Assembly (NCBI GenBank): GCA_918797485.1
Contig: CAKKNE010000004.1
Span: forward strand, 4,526,001-4,590,000
Source: Pelagomonas calceolata
Taxonomy: Eukaryota
Direction: 5' to 3'
Length of the DNA stretch: 64,000 nt
Shown piece after piece: positions 9,247-20,452 of this stretch. The translations under genes and the position numbers were made by a program. The stretch's first letter is position 1. Every line of letters starts with the position of its first letter. Under the pieces are notes generated by a model. It made no database searches. It was given only the letters and a program-made list of their open reading frames with translations, and was not told the origin of the DNA.

Positions 9247-12200
9247 CTAGGAGCCAGGCATGACGAACTCCGCCGCCCCCGCGTCCAACGCCTTGCCCAC
9301 GACGGTGATCGGCGGCAGCTCCACGGCCGCGTCGAAGCCCCGCGCGCCCTCGTAGACCGCGCGCAGCACGAGGCGCCACTCGCACGCCTCGTCGGGCGCC
9401 TCGACGGCCAACGAGGCCTCGCACGTCGCGCCGCCCACGACGACCTTTTTCAGAGCCACCAGCTCCTCGTCGTCGCTCAGGACGAGGTAGAAGGCGCGCG
9501 CGCCGCGGCCGTTGCTCCCCAGCGTCACCTCGACGGAGAACTCGCCTCCGGCCCCCACGTCCGCTACCGTTTTAGCGGTCAGCTTCGTCCGGCCGCGCGG
9601 CAGCGCCTCGCGCGAGCACTTGGACCGTATCGCCTGCGAGAGCTCGAGCAGCGCGAGCGTCGCATTTACACAACCGGCGTCGGCCGCGACGTCGATCAGG
9701 GCCGCCAGCACGCGCGGCGCCTGCTCGAGGACGCTCCTCTGGTCCGTCGCGTAGTCGGCGATCGGCAACTTGCCATCCCTTAGTTTCGCATGGATTAACA
9801 ACTGGGCCTTGGCGTGGGGCGAGTCGTAGCCGAGCTCGAGTAACCCCTGGATAGTCTCAGCATCATCATCGAGGAGCTGCGACGCTAAGTCAGAGTTCTC
9901 AATGTCCTCGTTGTGGCGCACGGGCAGCTCGTCGAACTCCCTTGCGGAACACAAAAACGCCACGGCCAACGCTTCTCTACGGCGTTGCGTAGCGTCCAAG
10001 ACCTCGGCCTCGAAGTCATCTACGTTTATAGAAGCTTCGGACGTCGTCCTATAATCTAAGTAGTAGTAGGCCGCGACGCTACCCAATGTAGCCGAGGATA
10101 CGTCATCCCCGTCCAACTCGACGACGCCGGCTTCATCCAAATCAATCAATACTTTACGAGAGAGCGTCTCCAAAAATGTGGAGATAGTTTTATCATCGCT
10201 ACCTTCACATTCGTAGAACGACGGGTTCCTCCGTAAGCGTCTATACAAGTAAGTCCACTTGAGCCACGCCACGCAGTCATTAATTGACTTGATTCTACCA
10301 CATAAACAAACCTCGGCACACACGAAGTTATGTAACGAGGATAGCAATCTACTTTCCACCGGAAAAGGTTCGTACAGGAACTTTTTGTAAAATTCCTTCT
10401 TCGGCTGGTGGACAAATATACAAGCCACACCAACACTATCAAATTGGGGTCTTCCCGCTCGTCCCATCATCTGCAACACGTCCGTCACCGGAAAGTCCAC
10501 GTACCGACCGAGCTTCCCGTCAAAAAACTCCGTGCCTTTCACTATAACTAATCTTGCGGGAAAGTTCACGCCCCAGGCTAGTGTGGAAGTACACACTAAA
10601 ACTTGGATCGCGCCCCTCTCAAACAAGTTCTCCACTATTTTACGGTCGGCCTCGTCCAGGCCGCCGTGGTGCACGCCGACGCCAAAAGGGAGGCAGTGCC
10701 TCAGTGCGGGGTCGTGGCACGTTTTCGCTATGGAATCCAGATCGTCGTCAGTACCGACCCAGGACTGGGTGTCATCATCAGACGCCGCGAGCGCTATTAA
10801 GTCCAGCGCGGTCAGCCTAGTTTGTCTTCTCGACGCCACAAAAATGAGAGCGGGCCGGCCCGACCTGTGTGGAAATCAACCAGTGTGTCGCGTGCGTCGA
10901 GCGGTGAGGAATTGACACCGCCACGCCGTCGAGCAGGCGTCGCGTCGATGGCGTGAGATGCGCCGCGACATTTGATTTCCACACAGGTCGCAACGCGTGC
11001 TCGCGCAAAGCGGCGTAACACGGCTTGTTCATCGTCGCCATGCGCGGGCAGTAGTGCTTGCCCGTGAAGCCCTGGATGTGCGCCTCCATGGCGACGGGCC
11101 GCACCGACGCGCGGAAATTAAAAACGTGCTCGCGAGAACCTACGTGGACATCAAATTTCGGGCGCCCCACGCCGTCGACGCGATGTCGTCTCCGTAGCTG
11201 CGTCGGCTCGATGGCGTGGAGGTGGATTTCCACGCAGGCAAGCACAGCCGAGCCAGGTACCGAGGTCGTGGGCGTTCGCCAACGCTGTTGATAAAGCCAC
11301 CACCCTTGTGGTAGATGTATATCTAGCTCTAGAAACCAACGCTTCCAAAACAGGCCCGCGATCTTCCCCGAGCAGGTGGACCTCGTCCAGGATCATCAGA
11401 GCGGCATGTCTCGCGTAGTCTCTCCGTTGGAACTGGCGCGTGACGCCGTCCCACTTCTCGGGCGTTGTTATTAACACATCAGCCTTCTTCAGAGCTCTTT
11501 GATCCGGTGCGGAATCGCCCGTCAATTCTTCCACCGAGAGACCAATAGCTCGGAACTTCGGCGTCCAGTCTCGGACCCTTTCCCTAGCTAATGCCTTCAA
11601 TGGAGCCACGTACACGGCCTTCAGCTTCTCGTCACCTCTCCTTCGGAGCAATCGGAAGATCGCCAACTCTGCTAAACAGGTTTTTCCGCTTCCAGTAGGA
11701 GCCCCTACCAATACATTTCCGTCCGTCCGAAACAACGCATGAAACACTTGCGTCTGGACGGGGTTGAAGTGGGAATACCCATAGAACTGCTGGAAGCGGT
11801 CGTCCTGCAAGGCTTCGATGGGTAACGGCCGTAATGGGAGCAATTCCGTCGGTGGTGGAGCCGGTGGAGGTAATTCCAACGTATTCGTGGACAACTCCAG
11901 TAAATGCGAGCAGGCGGACCAGCGATCACTTATAGCTCGGACGTAGAACTGGGGCGGCAGGGGATCTCGCACGGCCATCGTGAAGCTGAGCACGATAGCA
12001 TCGAGCGTTTTGCGCCGCCGGTCGACGGGGAACAAGGCCAATTCACAATGGTGGATGCGCTCCTCGGCGGCGTCCTCGACCCAGACCCACCACCTGCGTT
12101 GGGAGATGATCACGACGACGGCCTCAAAAGAAGGACGCTGCATACGCGCGGCTCCGGCCCCAATCCGTGGACCCGCGCGGCCCAGTCGTACAGCGGCGTC

Positions 12201-15200
12201 AGTGTTAATGATACGCGCAGCACGGACCGCGTGATCGGCTTTAACGAGCACTCTAACGTAACGGCGGGCAAACTTCTACAAGCCCGCACCAGGAACGGCG
12301 CCGCCCTACTATTACGTACCAGTGCCCCGATCTCAGCAACATCATCGATATCGTTCAAGATCCTATCAGGAGACAACCGTTGCGCCTCGAGCTGCCTGAG
12401 GGCATCTTCCGGGAAGCGCTGCCTTCGCACGTTCTGATTCGGCTCCAAATCCGCAATTTGCCGAATCGGGTGCTGGAACCACCACAACCTTCGCTCCACA
12501 GCCTTCGCTAAAGCCAACAACCGCTCAGCTAATGACGGCCAATGGGCTCGTAGAGCCATTTCAAATAAAGCGCGACAGACCCTAGCTGCATTTTTCGCGA
12601 CGTAAGTCGCATCTGAGGCTAAAGTAAACGCGGCGAAGGGCGCCCTCGAAATATGCGCTTGGAGTAACGTGGCGGCCTTGCCCGCGGGCTCGTCCTGGAT
12701 GGCTCGCAGTTTTTCCGAGCGGAGCGGGCAGCACGCCTCACTACTTCTAAGTCGATCGAGCTCGGCCATTTCTTCGTTGCGCGGTTTCAGCTGTTCGAAC
12801 TCATGGGCGCCACAGACCACTACAAGTATGTCGGCGTCGGAGGCGTGCTGCCTCAACGTCTCATTGAACTCCCTGATACTTTCATGTCGCAGGTAGTAGT
12901 GCGAACCTACTCGACCAACGTCGGTCCCGGCTAAGGCGCCTGAACGCTTATCATATCTACACATGCGCGCCTCGTCCAACTTTCGAGCAGCTTGACGTAG
13001 TAAAGTATCCCTATATCGCCCCATCCTTGGGTCCTCTTGGGCCTGGTCGTACGAGCAGCCGTACGCTAATGGGTTTCGACGTAGTCTTACCGCTAAAAAA
13101 GTGTGATCTAACCATCTGTCCGCGTCTTTGATGGAAGCGACCGTGCCGGCAGCGACTTCCGCGTTCACGGCGTCGGCCAAGCGAGGCACCAAGCAACTCT
13201 CGATCGGCGCCGCTCGCGCTAATTTACGTAAGTAGTCCGGTAGCGCTTTGGACGAAGTTAACAGTGTAGCCTCGCCGAAGTCGTCGAACTGCGGTCGTCC
13301 GGCCCTCCCAAAAATCTGCAGTACATCTAACATCGACAGGTCCACGTTGCCGCCCCGTTGGGGGTCATAGACGTCCGTACCCTTACATATGACCGCATGT
13401 GCGGGTAAATTGACGCCCCAGGCGAGCGTTGCCGTACAACATAATACCCTGACTGCTCCCGCCGCGAATAACCGCTCCGAGAGGCCTCTGTCACTACGAC
13501 TCATGCCCGCGTGATGGAGAGCAAAACCCGACTCCACGACTTCCGCCAGTTCGCGATGTCTACAAGATTTTAACTGCGATCGAAAGGGCTTCAAGGGGTC
13601 GCCCTCCGTATTGGCAAATGAGGCGTCGTTCCGCGCGGCCCGATCCCGCAAGTTCCGAGCTGTCTTCAGCGTTTCTTTTCGAGAATGCACAAAGACCATG
13701 ACCTGGTGACCACGGTTAACAGCGGACAGAGCAACATCATACGCCAGCTCGTCGAGCTTCATGCGCCGCTCGTGGTTCTTCACGGCCGTCACGCCCACAA
13801 ACGTCTGTTTCAGCGGCACGGGCCGGTATTCGGGACCGAAGAAGAAGACGCTATCGTCGGAACAGCCTAAGAACTGTCCCACATCCTCGTAATTGGGTAG
13901 AGTGGCTGAGAGACCCACGAGTCGTATTTGGGACTGCGTCGATTCGACCAATCGCGTCGTTCTCGCCACGACGCACTCCAGCACGGCACCCCGCTCCTCG
14001 GCCAACAAATGGATCTCGTCGACAATCAGCAGTCGGCAGCGCGAGGCCAACGAGCCCATGGCGTCTCCCGAACCTCCCCCTTGCTTCCTCGTCACGACGT
14101 CCCACTTTTCGGGCGTCACAACTAGTATATGGGCGGCGTCCGCTTCTCGTCTTGTGAGCTGGACGTCGCCTGTGAGTTCCCTCACTTGAATTCCTAGATT
14201 TCCGAGCCGCTCGGAGAACTTGGAGACGACCTCTTGCGCTAGCGCTTTCAGGGGGGCAACATACACAGCTTTGTGGTTCGCGAGTTGGGCGAGGAAGTCG
14301 TCTTCATGAGATGCGCGGACCCGCGCGACCTGCGTGGACAATCAGTGAGTCGGGTGCTCCCGCCACGCTGTCGAGCAGGCGTCGCGTCGATGGCGTGCTG
14401 GTCATGATTAACCGTGGGCGGAAGCGCAGCAAAATTCCACACGGCTCGCGACGAGCTCCAGCACCGTCAGTAGAGCGACGTTGGTTTTACCAGCACCCGT
14501 CGGCGCGCAGACGAGCATGTTCTTCCGCGACGAGAACGCACAGGGGTAGACGGCCGACTGCAACCGATTCAGCGTCTGCGTGCCCCGGAAGCAGCGCCGC
14601 GCCCACGCCGGCAAGGCAGAATCGACGCGCAACAACTCTCCTTCGATAGGTGGCGGCAGCGCCCGCGGCGGCGGGATCTCGACCTCCTCGTAGCCGTCGC
14701 CGTAGAATTTTTCCGCGCCCGACGGTAAGCCTGCTCTTTCAGCCCTATATTCTCGTTGGGCTTCGTCCAGAAACGCCGCGTGCTTCTTCTGCGGCGGTTG
14801 TGATAGACCTAGCGCGCGCTCCTGCGCGAGGTAGTGCTCGTCGAAGCCTAGAGCAGCCAGGTAGTCGGCGCCCTCGTCGATACCTTTGGCCTCGGCCTCC
14901 CGTCGTTGCTTCCGTAATTGCTTCTGGCGCCGCTGGGACTGCTTCTTAGGAGCACTGCGCACGGCGCCGCCCCTGAACTGCTGTTGCTGTGGAGGTGGTG
15001 GTCCCGCGACCTGTGTGAAATCAAAATGTCGGGCGTCCCCGTAACTCACTGGTTGATTTCCACGCAGGCCGCGACGCCAGACGCGGTCGCGATGGCCCGG
15101 ATGTCCCGCGCATCGACAGCAGCAACCGCGGCCTTCTTTGCACACAGCTCGCCCATCAATGCCAAAGCTTTATCACCAAACCCCAGCAACTCCATGAGCG

Positions 15201-15537
15201 CCTGCTGCATCGAGGCATCATCTCTTTTCGCCGCGTCGACGCAGCCGCACGCGAGCTCCGCCGCGCCGACCGCGGAATCCAAGGCGCGGCACCGCTCGAG
15301 GAGCCAGCCGGCGCCCACCGTCTCCGTGGGGGGTGGTGGTGGTGGCGCCTCTGGTTCTGGTTCGGGCGCCGTCTGTGCACCATAAGGGATCGCGTGGCGC
15401 CATTCTTCGCCAGCACTGGACGATGGCGCTCGCACGTCTTCTGTTTTCGCATTCGCTTTGAGCGCTTCGAGCTTGGCGACGTCGTGGGCGATCGATGCGC
15501 TGTCCAGGAGCGCTAGGAAGATGTTGGCTGGAGCCAT
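9247..15537 (-). CDS. ASCC3: ASCC3/Slh1 Ski2-like tandem-cassette helicase; 6 exons (15537-15076, 15010-14453, 14329-12150, 12093-11246, 11139-10995, 10864-9247), 1936 aa
   Basis: Two cassettes with APTGAGKT/DEIH and APTGSGKT/DEVH, GRAGRPQFD twice, Sec63 domains; HYCPRMATMNKP and YVDFPVTDVLQMMGRAG typical of ASCC3 rather than BRR2; exon sum 5811 nt is in frame. Confidence 0.92.
10865..10986 (-). mobile_element. Introner element (122 bp); intron 10865-10994
   Basis: TIRs CTGTGTGGAAATCAA / TTGATTTCCACACAG; flanks GGCCCGAC vs GTCGCAAC (5/8); splicing gives EHASGRPALIFVASRR. Confidence 0.9.
11140..11237 (-). mobile_element. Introner element (98 bp); intron 11140-11245
   Basis: TIRs CTACGTGGACATC / GATTTCCACGCAG; TSD GCGAGAAC vs GCAAGCAC (6/8); splicing gives WLGCSREHVFNF. 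Confidence 0.88.
12094..12149 (-). other. Putative GC-AG intron (56 nt) in ASCC3
   Basis: CC|GCGCGT donor with CAACGCAG acceptor restores GPEPWWVWVED; no TIRs. Confidence 0.7.
14330..14444 (-). mobile_element. Introner element (115 bp); intron 14330-14452
   Basis: TIRs CTGCGTGGACAATCA / AATTCCACACGG; TSD CGCGCGAC vs CTCGCGAC (7/8); frame restored. Confidence 0.88.
15011..15067 (-). mobile_element. Minimal introner element (57 bp); intron 15011-15075
   Basis: TIRs CTGTGTGAAATCAA / TTGATTTCCACGCAG; TSD CCCGCGAC vs GCCGCGAC (7/8); frame restored. Confidence 0.9.
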
Positions 15538-15730
15538 GCTGTCCGAACCGCGCTGCGCAATGCGCTCGCTTCAGGTGTGCTCCGCTGCACCAGTGCTGCG
15601 CTGTGCAATCGAGTCGCGAAAGCGATTGCACTCGTACTGATATCGATGTATCTATAATTTGCAGCAATGTCCTGCAGCCGTATGCCGGTTGCGCACTGCT
15701 CTGCGCGCCGCACTGCAGCTTGCTTGCTTG

Positions 15731-15751
15731 CTAGTGTCTTACTGCCGCTAG
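15731..15751 (-). promoter_or_regulatory. CTAG-box motif copy (CTAGCGGCAGTAAGACACTAG on minus strand)
   Basis: Divergent ASCC3/AlaAT intergenic region; followed by CAAGCAAGCAA. Confidence 0.7.
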
Positions 15752-16016
15752 CGACCGGTGCCTTGGTCCTTTCCCATCTTTCCACAGCCATCCGCGGGAG
15801 CCGTGCGGGCGCGGAACTGGCGTCGAGCGGCCTGTCGATTTGTGGGCAACAGAGATTTCAGGCTGATTGTGTGGTGTTTTGGCACCAGCGTACGCGTTGT
15901 AAACAATCTCATCCAGCTCGCTGCCAAGCGTAGAGAGCACGAAGACACGTCCGACAGCGGCTACGCAAGAAACTGTGCATCAAACGCCGTGCACGTGGCG
16001 ATATTGCAAAAAAAGC

Positions 16017-17480
16017 ATGGCGCGCATCATCGTCGCGCTCGCATTGCTCGGCGGCGCCGCCGCGCAATTGACGATCGACGCCGTCAATCCTAAAGTGGTT
16101 GAGGCCGAGTACGCGGTCCGCGGCAAGATCCTCGACCGCGCGGGCGAGATCGAGCGGGACATGGCCGAGAACCCGGACAAGTGGCCCTTCAAGGAGATCG
16201 TGCGCTGCAACATCGGCAACCCCCAGGCTTTAGGGCAAGCTCCTCCTGCTTTTGCGAGAGCGGTCCTCTCGCAAGTTGTATTACCTAAAAGTAAAGGCTC
16301 GAAGCAGGTAAAAGAGCGCGCCGACGCGTATAGAGCCGCTTTACGAGGTGGTGTGGGCGCCTACTCCGACTCCCAGGGCGTGTCATTAGTACGAGAGGAG
16401 GTCGCGAAGTTCATCTCCGACCGCGATGGTTATCCTGCCTCCCCGGCTGACATCTTCCTCACCGATGGTGCCTCCGCTGGTGTCAGACACTTGACACAAT
16501 TACTCGTCTCGGGACCGCAAGACGGTGTGTTAGCACCAGCGCCCCAGTACCCGTTGTATTCGGCCACCACCACATTATTTGATGGCACGCTCGGCTCGTA
16601 CTACCTCGACGAGGCCGCGGACTGGGCCGCGCCCGTCCAGGAATTGAAGAAGGCCTACGACGACGTTGTTGAGAAGGGCGCCACGCCGAAATTACTGGTG
16701 ATCATCAACCCCGGCAACCCGACGGGGGCCTCGCTACCTAGAGCGTCGCTGGAGGCCATCGTGCGTTTTGTGGAAGAGAGACCTGGGTTAGTGTTAGCCG
16801 CGGACGAGGTCTACCAGGAGAACGTCTACGGGGACGCCCCTCCGTTCATTTCCTTCAAGAAGATCGTGCGGGATTTGGACTCGAAGATCCCGCTCGTGAG
16901 CTTCCACTCCATCTCCAAGGGCTTCACGGGCGAGTGCGGGCTGCGCGGGGGGTATTTCGAACTGACGAACATCGATACCGCGGTGAAGGCGCAACTCACC
17001 AAATTAGCCTCCGTGAGCTTGTGCTCGAACACCATGGGCCAGGTCGCGGTCGGCCTCATGGTCAACCCGCCCACGTCCGGTCCCGAGCTCAAAGCTTATG
17101 AAAAGGAGAAGAAGGAGAAACTAGCTTCCCTCGAGCGCCGCGCGAACAAGGTGGCCGCGGCCCTCGACGCTTTGGAAGGCGTCTCCTGCGTCCGCCCGCA
17201 GGGCGCCATGTACCTCTTCCCGTCCATCACGCTGCCGGATGCGGCGGTCAAGGCCGCCAAGCGGTCGTCGATGGCGCCCGACGCGTTCTACGCGCTCCGG
17301 TTGCTCGAAGGCACGGGCCTCGTCACGGTGCCCGGCAGCGGCTTCGGCCAGAAGAACGGGACCTGGCACTTCCGTACGACGTTTTTACCGGCGGAGAAGC
17401 AGATCGACAACGTCGTCCAGAAGCTCGCGGGCTTCCACGAGTCGTTCCTGGCCAAGTACGGCGGCGGCGGCGAGCTCTAA
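16017..17480 (+). CDS. Alanine aminotransferase (class I PLP-dependent) with signal peptide
   Basis: EYAVRG, CNIGNPQ, GAYSDSQG, INPGNPTG, DEVYQEN, SFHSISKG (PLP Lys), VPGSGFGQ, HFRTT. Confidence 0.93.
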   Translation: MARIIVALALLGGAAAQLTIDAVNPKVVEAEYAVRGKILDRAGEIERDMAENPDKWPFKEIVRCNIGNPQALGQAPPAFARAVLSQVVLPKSKGSKQVKERADAYRAALRGGVGAYSDSQGVSLVREEVAKFISDRDGYPASPADIFLTDGASAGVRHLTQLLVSGPQDGVLAPAPQYPLYSATTTLFDGTLGSYYLDEAADWAAPVQELKKAYDDVVEKGATPKLLVIINPGNPTGASLPRASLEAIVRFVEERPGLVLAADEVYQENVYGDAPPFISFKKIVRDLDSKIPLVSFHSISKGFTGECGLRGGYFELTNIDTAVKAQLTKLASVSLCSNTMGQVAVGLMVNPPTSGPELKAYEKEKKEKLASLERRANKVAAALDALEGVSCVRPQGAMYLFPSITLPDAAVKAAKRSSMAPDAFYALRLLEGTGLVTVPGSGFGQKNGTWHFRTTFLPAEKQIDNVVQKLAGFHESFLAKYGGGGEL

Positions 17481-17855
17481 AGAGGGGGTGCGCCTGTGCA
17501 ACGCGATCGTCCCCCGGTTATAAAAAACTAGTATCAGTAGTCTTCCTTTCGCGACGAGGCGCTGCACCAGGCCTGGCTCTCGCTATCAAGAGCAGTCACT
17601 GGGCTCCACGCCCCGACGGATGGGTCCCGGAGGAGCGGGAGCGACTAGGGGGTCGCGCGCCGTGTAAAACCCGAACCCGAAGCAGAATCGATATCTAGAT
17701 CTCGCAGCCGAGCTGTGCCAGCTGTGCCGGCGCGGATGCATTAGCTGCCTGCGCAAGGACCTGGGCAGCCATAATCACGGGGCTTGGCACCAATCAACCA
17801 CCGCGCGCTGCCGCTACGCGCCCAGCCAGGCGCTTAGTCTCTGGTACAGACAACG

Positions 17856-19094
17856 ATGAGCGAGGAGCTGCCGCGCGAGGAGGGGCTGCCCGCAGAGTCC
17901 GAAGAGTCCGAGCGGTGGATCTCGAACCTGTTTTCAGCACTGCCCGAAGGCCGGCCGAACCTGTTTTCATTGGGCGTTCGCGCGGCCGAGCGAACGGAAA
18001 TCTCTCGAGTCCGAGTCTGTGCCACCTGTCGGCGCTCCCTCGATAAGCTCAATTTCAGCAGGACGCAGTGGAACAAGAAACAAGTAGGCGTCTCGCGGTG
18101 CTGGGAATGCGTCTCGTCGGATCTTGAGGCGCCCGAAGCGTCCGAGCGGTGGACCACCGAGGCCGAGGCGGACGTCCCGAGGGAGCCGTTCGATTGGTAT
18201 CGGCGGCGGGCGCGCGAGCGCGCGCGCGAACGAGAGGTGCGTCGCAACGAGGACTACGACGCAGAGGCGGCCGAGCGAAGGCCGGCCCAGCGCCTCAATA
18301 AAGAGGAGCGAACAGTGCTGTGCTGTCTCGTCTTAGGTATCCTGCTCTACTTCTGCTGCGTGGTCGTGGCGTTTGCTGCGCTCGCCGACGTTCCCTCGGG
18401 CTGCGCGGTCGCCCTCATCATGGTCGCGTTCGCTTTATCGTTCAAAAGCGGGGAAAAAGAAAACCGTTGCCGCCTGCGCGCCGCCCTCGTGATACATGTA
18501 CTAGGACTGCTCCTCCTGGTCGTGGCCATGGTCCTGCTCGCCATGAAAACGCACCGCGTGATGTCGCTAACTCCAGATCCGACGTGCGAGCCCTGGGCGG
18601 GCTCCTGCCAAGAGGGCGGCCAGCGCTCCGACGGGCGCACCGAGTGCTCCGACTGCTCCGACGAGGTCTCGTGCGTGGACGTGTCCGCGGCCGGGCTCTG
18701 GTGGTCCGAGAGGGGCGCCCGGTACTTCCCGGCATCGGAAAAATATGGCAGATACTGGGGCTGGGGAAGGACAAGACGCCTGAACGGGTGCGGGATCCCA
18801 CAAAAACCCTCCGAACGGCTCGGGATCCCAGATGGCTCGTTCGGTGCGAGCGGAAATACCGAACAGAAACGCCGGTGGGAGGCGGCCAAAGAAACGGGTG
18901 ACTGCCGGCCGCTCTTCACGAGCCAGGCCAAGTGCGAAGATTACTGGGGACGCTGGCAGGACGCGTGGAGCGAGGAGTGGGGCGGCGCGTGCATAGTCCG
19001 GCTCTTGTTCAATGCGGCATTGATATTCTACGGTTTCTCGTTTTTTTCCGAGATTGGTCCGGACATCTTATTTTTTTGCTTGCTTACCAGATAG
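17856..19094 (+). CDS. Multi-pass membrane protein with an N-terminal CxxC...CxxC (Stc1-like) zinc knuckle and a Cys-rich loop
   Basis: CATC...FSRTQWNK...RCWECV; about 4 hydrophobic segments; 412-aa ORF. Confidence 0.6.
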   Translation: MSEELPREEGLPAESEESERWISNLFSALPEGRPNLFSLGVRAAERTEISRVRVCATCRRSLDKLNFSRTQWNKKQVGVSRCWECVSSDLEAPEASERWTTEAEADVPREPFDWYRRRARERAREREVRRNEDYDAEAAERRPAQRLNKEERTVLCCLVLGILLYFCCVVVAFAALADVPSGCAVALIMVAFALSFKSGEKENRCRLRAALVIHVLGLLLLVVAMVLLAMKTHRVMSLTPDPTCEPWAGSCQEGGQRSDGRTECSDCSDEVSCVDVSAAGLWWSERGARYFPASEKYGRYWGWGRTRRLNGCGIPQKPSERLGIPDGSFGASGNTEQKRRWEAAKETGDCRPLFTSQAKCEDYWGRWQDAWSEEWGGACIVRLLFNAALIFYGFSFFSEIGPDILFFCLLTR

Positions 19095-19199
19095 GCCGCC
19101 TATAACATATCCCGTCGACGGGATATGTCAGCACCGGACTTGGCACCGGGCTTGTGTGGGTTTCGACCGACCGGTAGGAAGCTAAGTGACGCACAACCA

Positions 19200-20048
19200 T
19201 TATTCAAAGGTCGCCGGCGGGGGTGGGACGATCGGCTCGGGCGGCGGCTGCGGCGGGTCCTCGACCTCTACGGGCGGCTGGTACTTGCTCATCTCCTCCT
19301 GGACGGCCGTGACGGCCGGCGGCGGCGCCGCCCTTTCGAAGAACGGCGAGTTGATGTAGACCTCCCAGACGACGGCCGCGAAGGCCGTCGCGTAGACCGC
19401 CTTCTTGACGATGCCGCCGACGCCGTAATCAAACGAATCCGTCGGGTCCGCCGGCCGCTCGCCGCCGATCTTCTCGACGCCGCCGAAGTCCGGCAGCTCC
19501 AAGCGCGGCAGCGGCCACTTCGAGTCGACGTCGTCCTCCTCTACCACTGGTTGTTTTGCGCGCAGCTTCGGTGCCGGCGCGCCCTTGGGCCGGCTGCCGA
19601 ACAGCTGCTCGTCGGCGGTCTGACCAAACAGCTTCCCGGGCTCGTCGACGATCAATGACTTGAGGTCCTCGTCGAAGGGCGCGGCGGCGGGCGTCATCGG
19701 TGGCGCGGGCGCCGGCGGCGGCGCGTCGAACGCGACTGGCGGAGGTGCCGGCGCGTCGAACGCGACGGGCGGCGGCGCGGCCGGCGCGGCGGGTGCCTCG
19801 GGCGCTATCGCCGCGTCAAACGTGACGGGCGGCGGTGTGGCGACGGGCGGCGGTGCCGGTGCCGGCGCGGGCGGCGGTGCTGGCGCCGCCTTGGCCGCTT
19901 GTTTCTTTTGCACGCGCTTGCTCTTTTTCTTCTTTTTGGCGTGCAAGAGCGTGGGTTTGTTGTGCAGTGGCGACACCGGCACAAAGGCGCTGCCGCGTGC
20001 CAAAAGCAGCGCCAGCCACAGCAATGCTTGCTTTGACCTGAGGATCAT
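19200..20048 (-). CDS. Pro/Ala-rich putative plastid membrane protein
   Basis: Signal ending GSA-F-VP, basic transit region, PPPVAFDA repeats, one TM (AVYATAFAAVVWEVYI). Confidence 0.7.
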   Translation of the reverse strand: MILRSKQALLWLALLLARGSAFVPVSPLHNKPTLLHAKKKKKSKRVQKKQAAKAAPAPPPAPAPAPPPVATPPPVTFDAAIAPEAPAAPAAPPPVAFDAPAPPPVAFDAPPPAPAPPMTPAAAPFDEDLKSLIVDEPGKLFGQTADEQLFGSRPKGAPAPKLRAKQPVVEEDDVDSKWPLPRLELPDFGGVEKIGGERPADPTDSFDYGVGGIVKKAVYATAFAAVVWEVYINSPFFERAAPPPAVTAVQEEMSKYQPPVEVEDPPQPPPEPIVPPPPATFE

Positions 20049-20187
20049 CCTGAATCGCTGTTTTTTGTGCACGCCGTCGTCGTCCAGTGCGAGTCCGTTG
20101 CTCCGCCCACGTGTTTTTGCAGCGATGTCAATTGCTGCGCGCTCAGGAGCGTCTGACGCCTCAAGATCACCGATTATGTTTTAGCTG

Positions 20188-20209
20188 CTAGCGTCCAGTA
20201 AGGCACTTA
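20188..20209 (+). promoter_or_regulatory. CTAG-box motif, degenerate copy (CTAGCGTCCAGTAAGGCACTTA)
   Basis: Divergent intergenic region. Confidence 0.55.
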
Positions 20210-20452
20210 AAAAAGCTTCTCGATCGCCTCGACTGCCTCGACTGCCTCTATCCGCGCCCAGCGCTGCCTCCACCAGTTGTCTTCGCTCGCATCACGACCG
20301 CGCACTATCCAACCGCTCGTCTGCAGCATTACGACTGCACCGGGCAGCCCCTTGGACCACTCGCCATCCCCCTTGCAGCAAGTCCTGCAACTCATCTCGC
20401 ACGCGCCGTCGCTGCATCCACGCATCAGTTGCCCACGGTAGCCAGGCGAGCC

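Noticed and set aside
9247..15537. Helicase as a frameshifted pseudogene, or as BRR2
   Set aside because: All breaks are resolved by introns; diagnostic segments fit ASCC3
19690..19890. GC-rich repeats
   Set aside because: Encode the Pro/Ala low-complexity linker of the 19200-20048 protein
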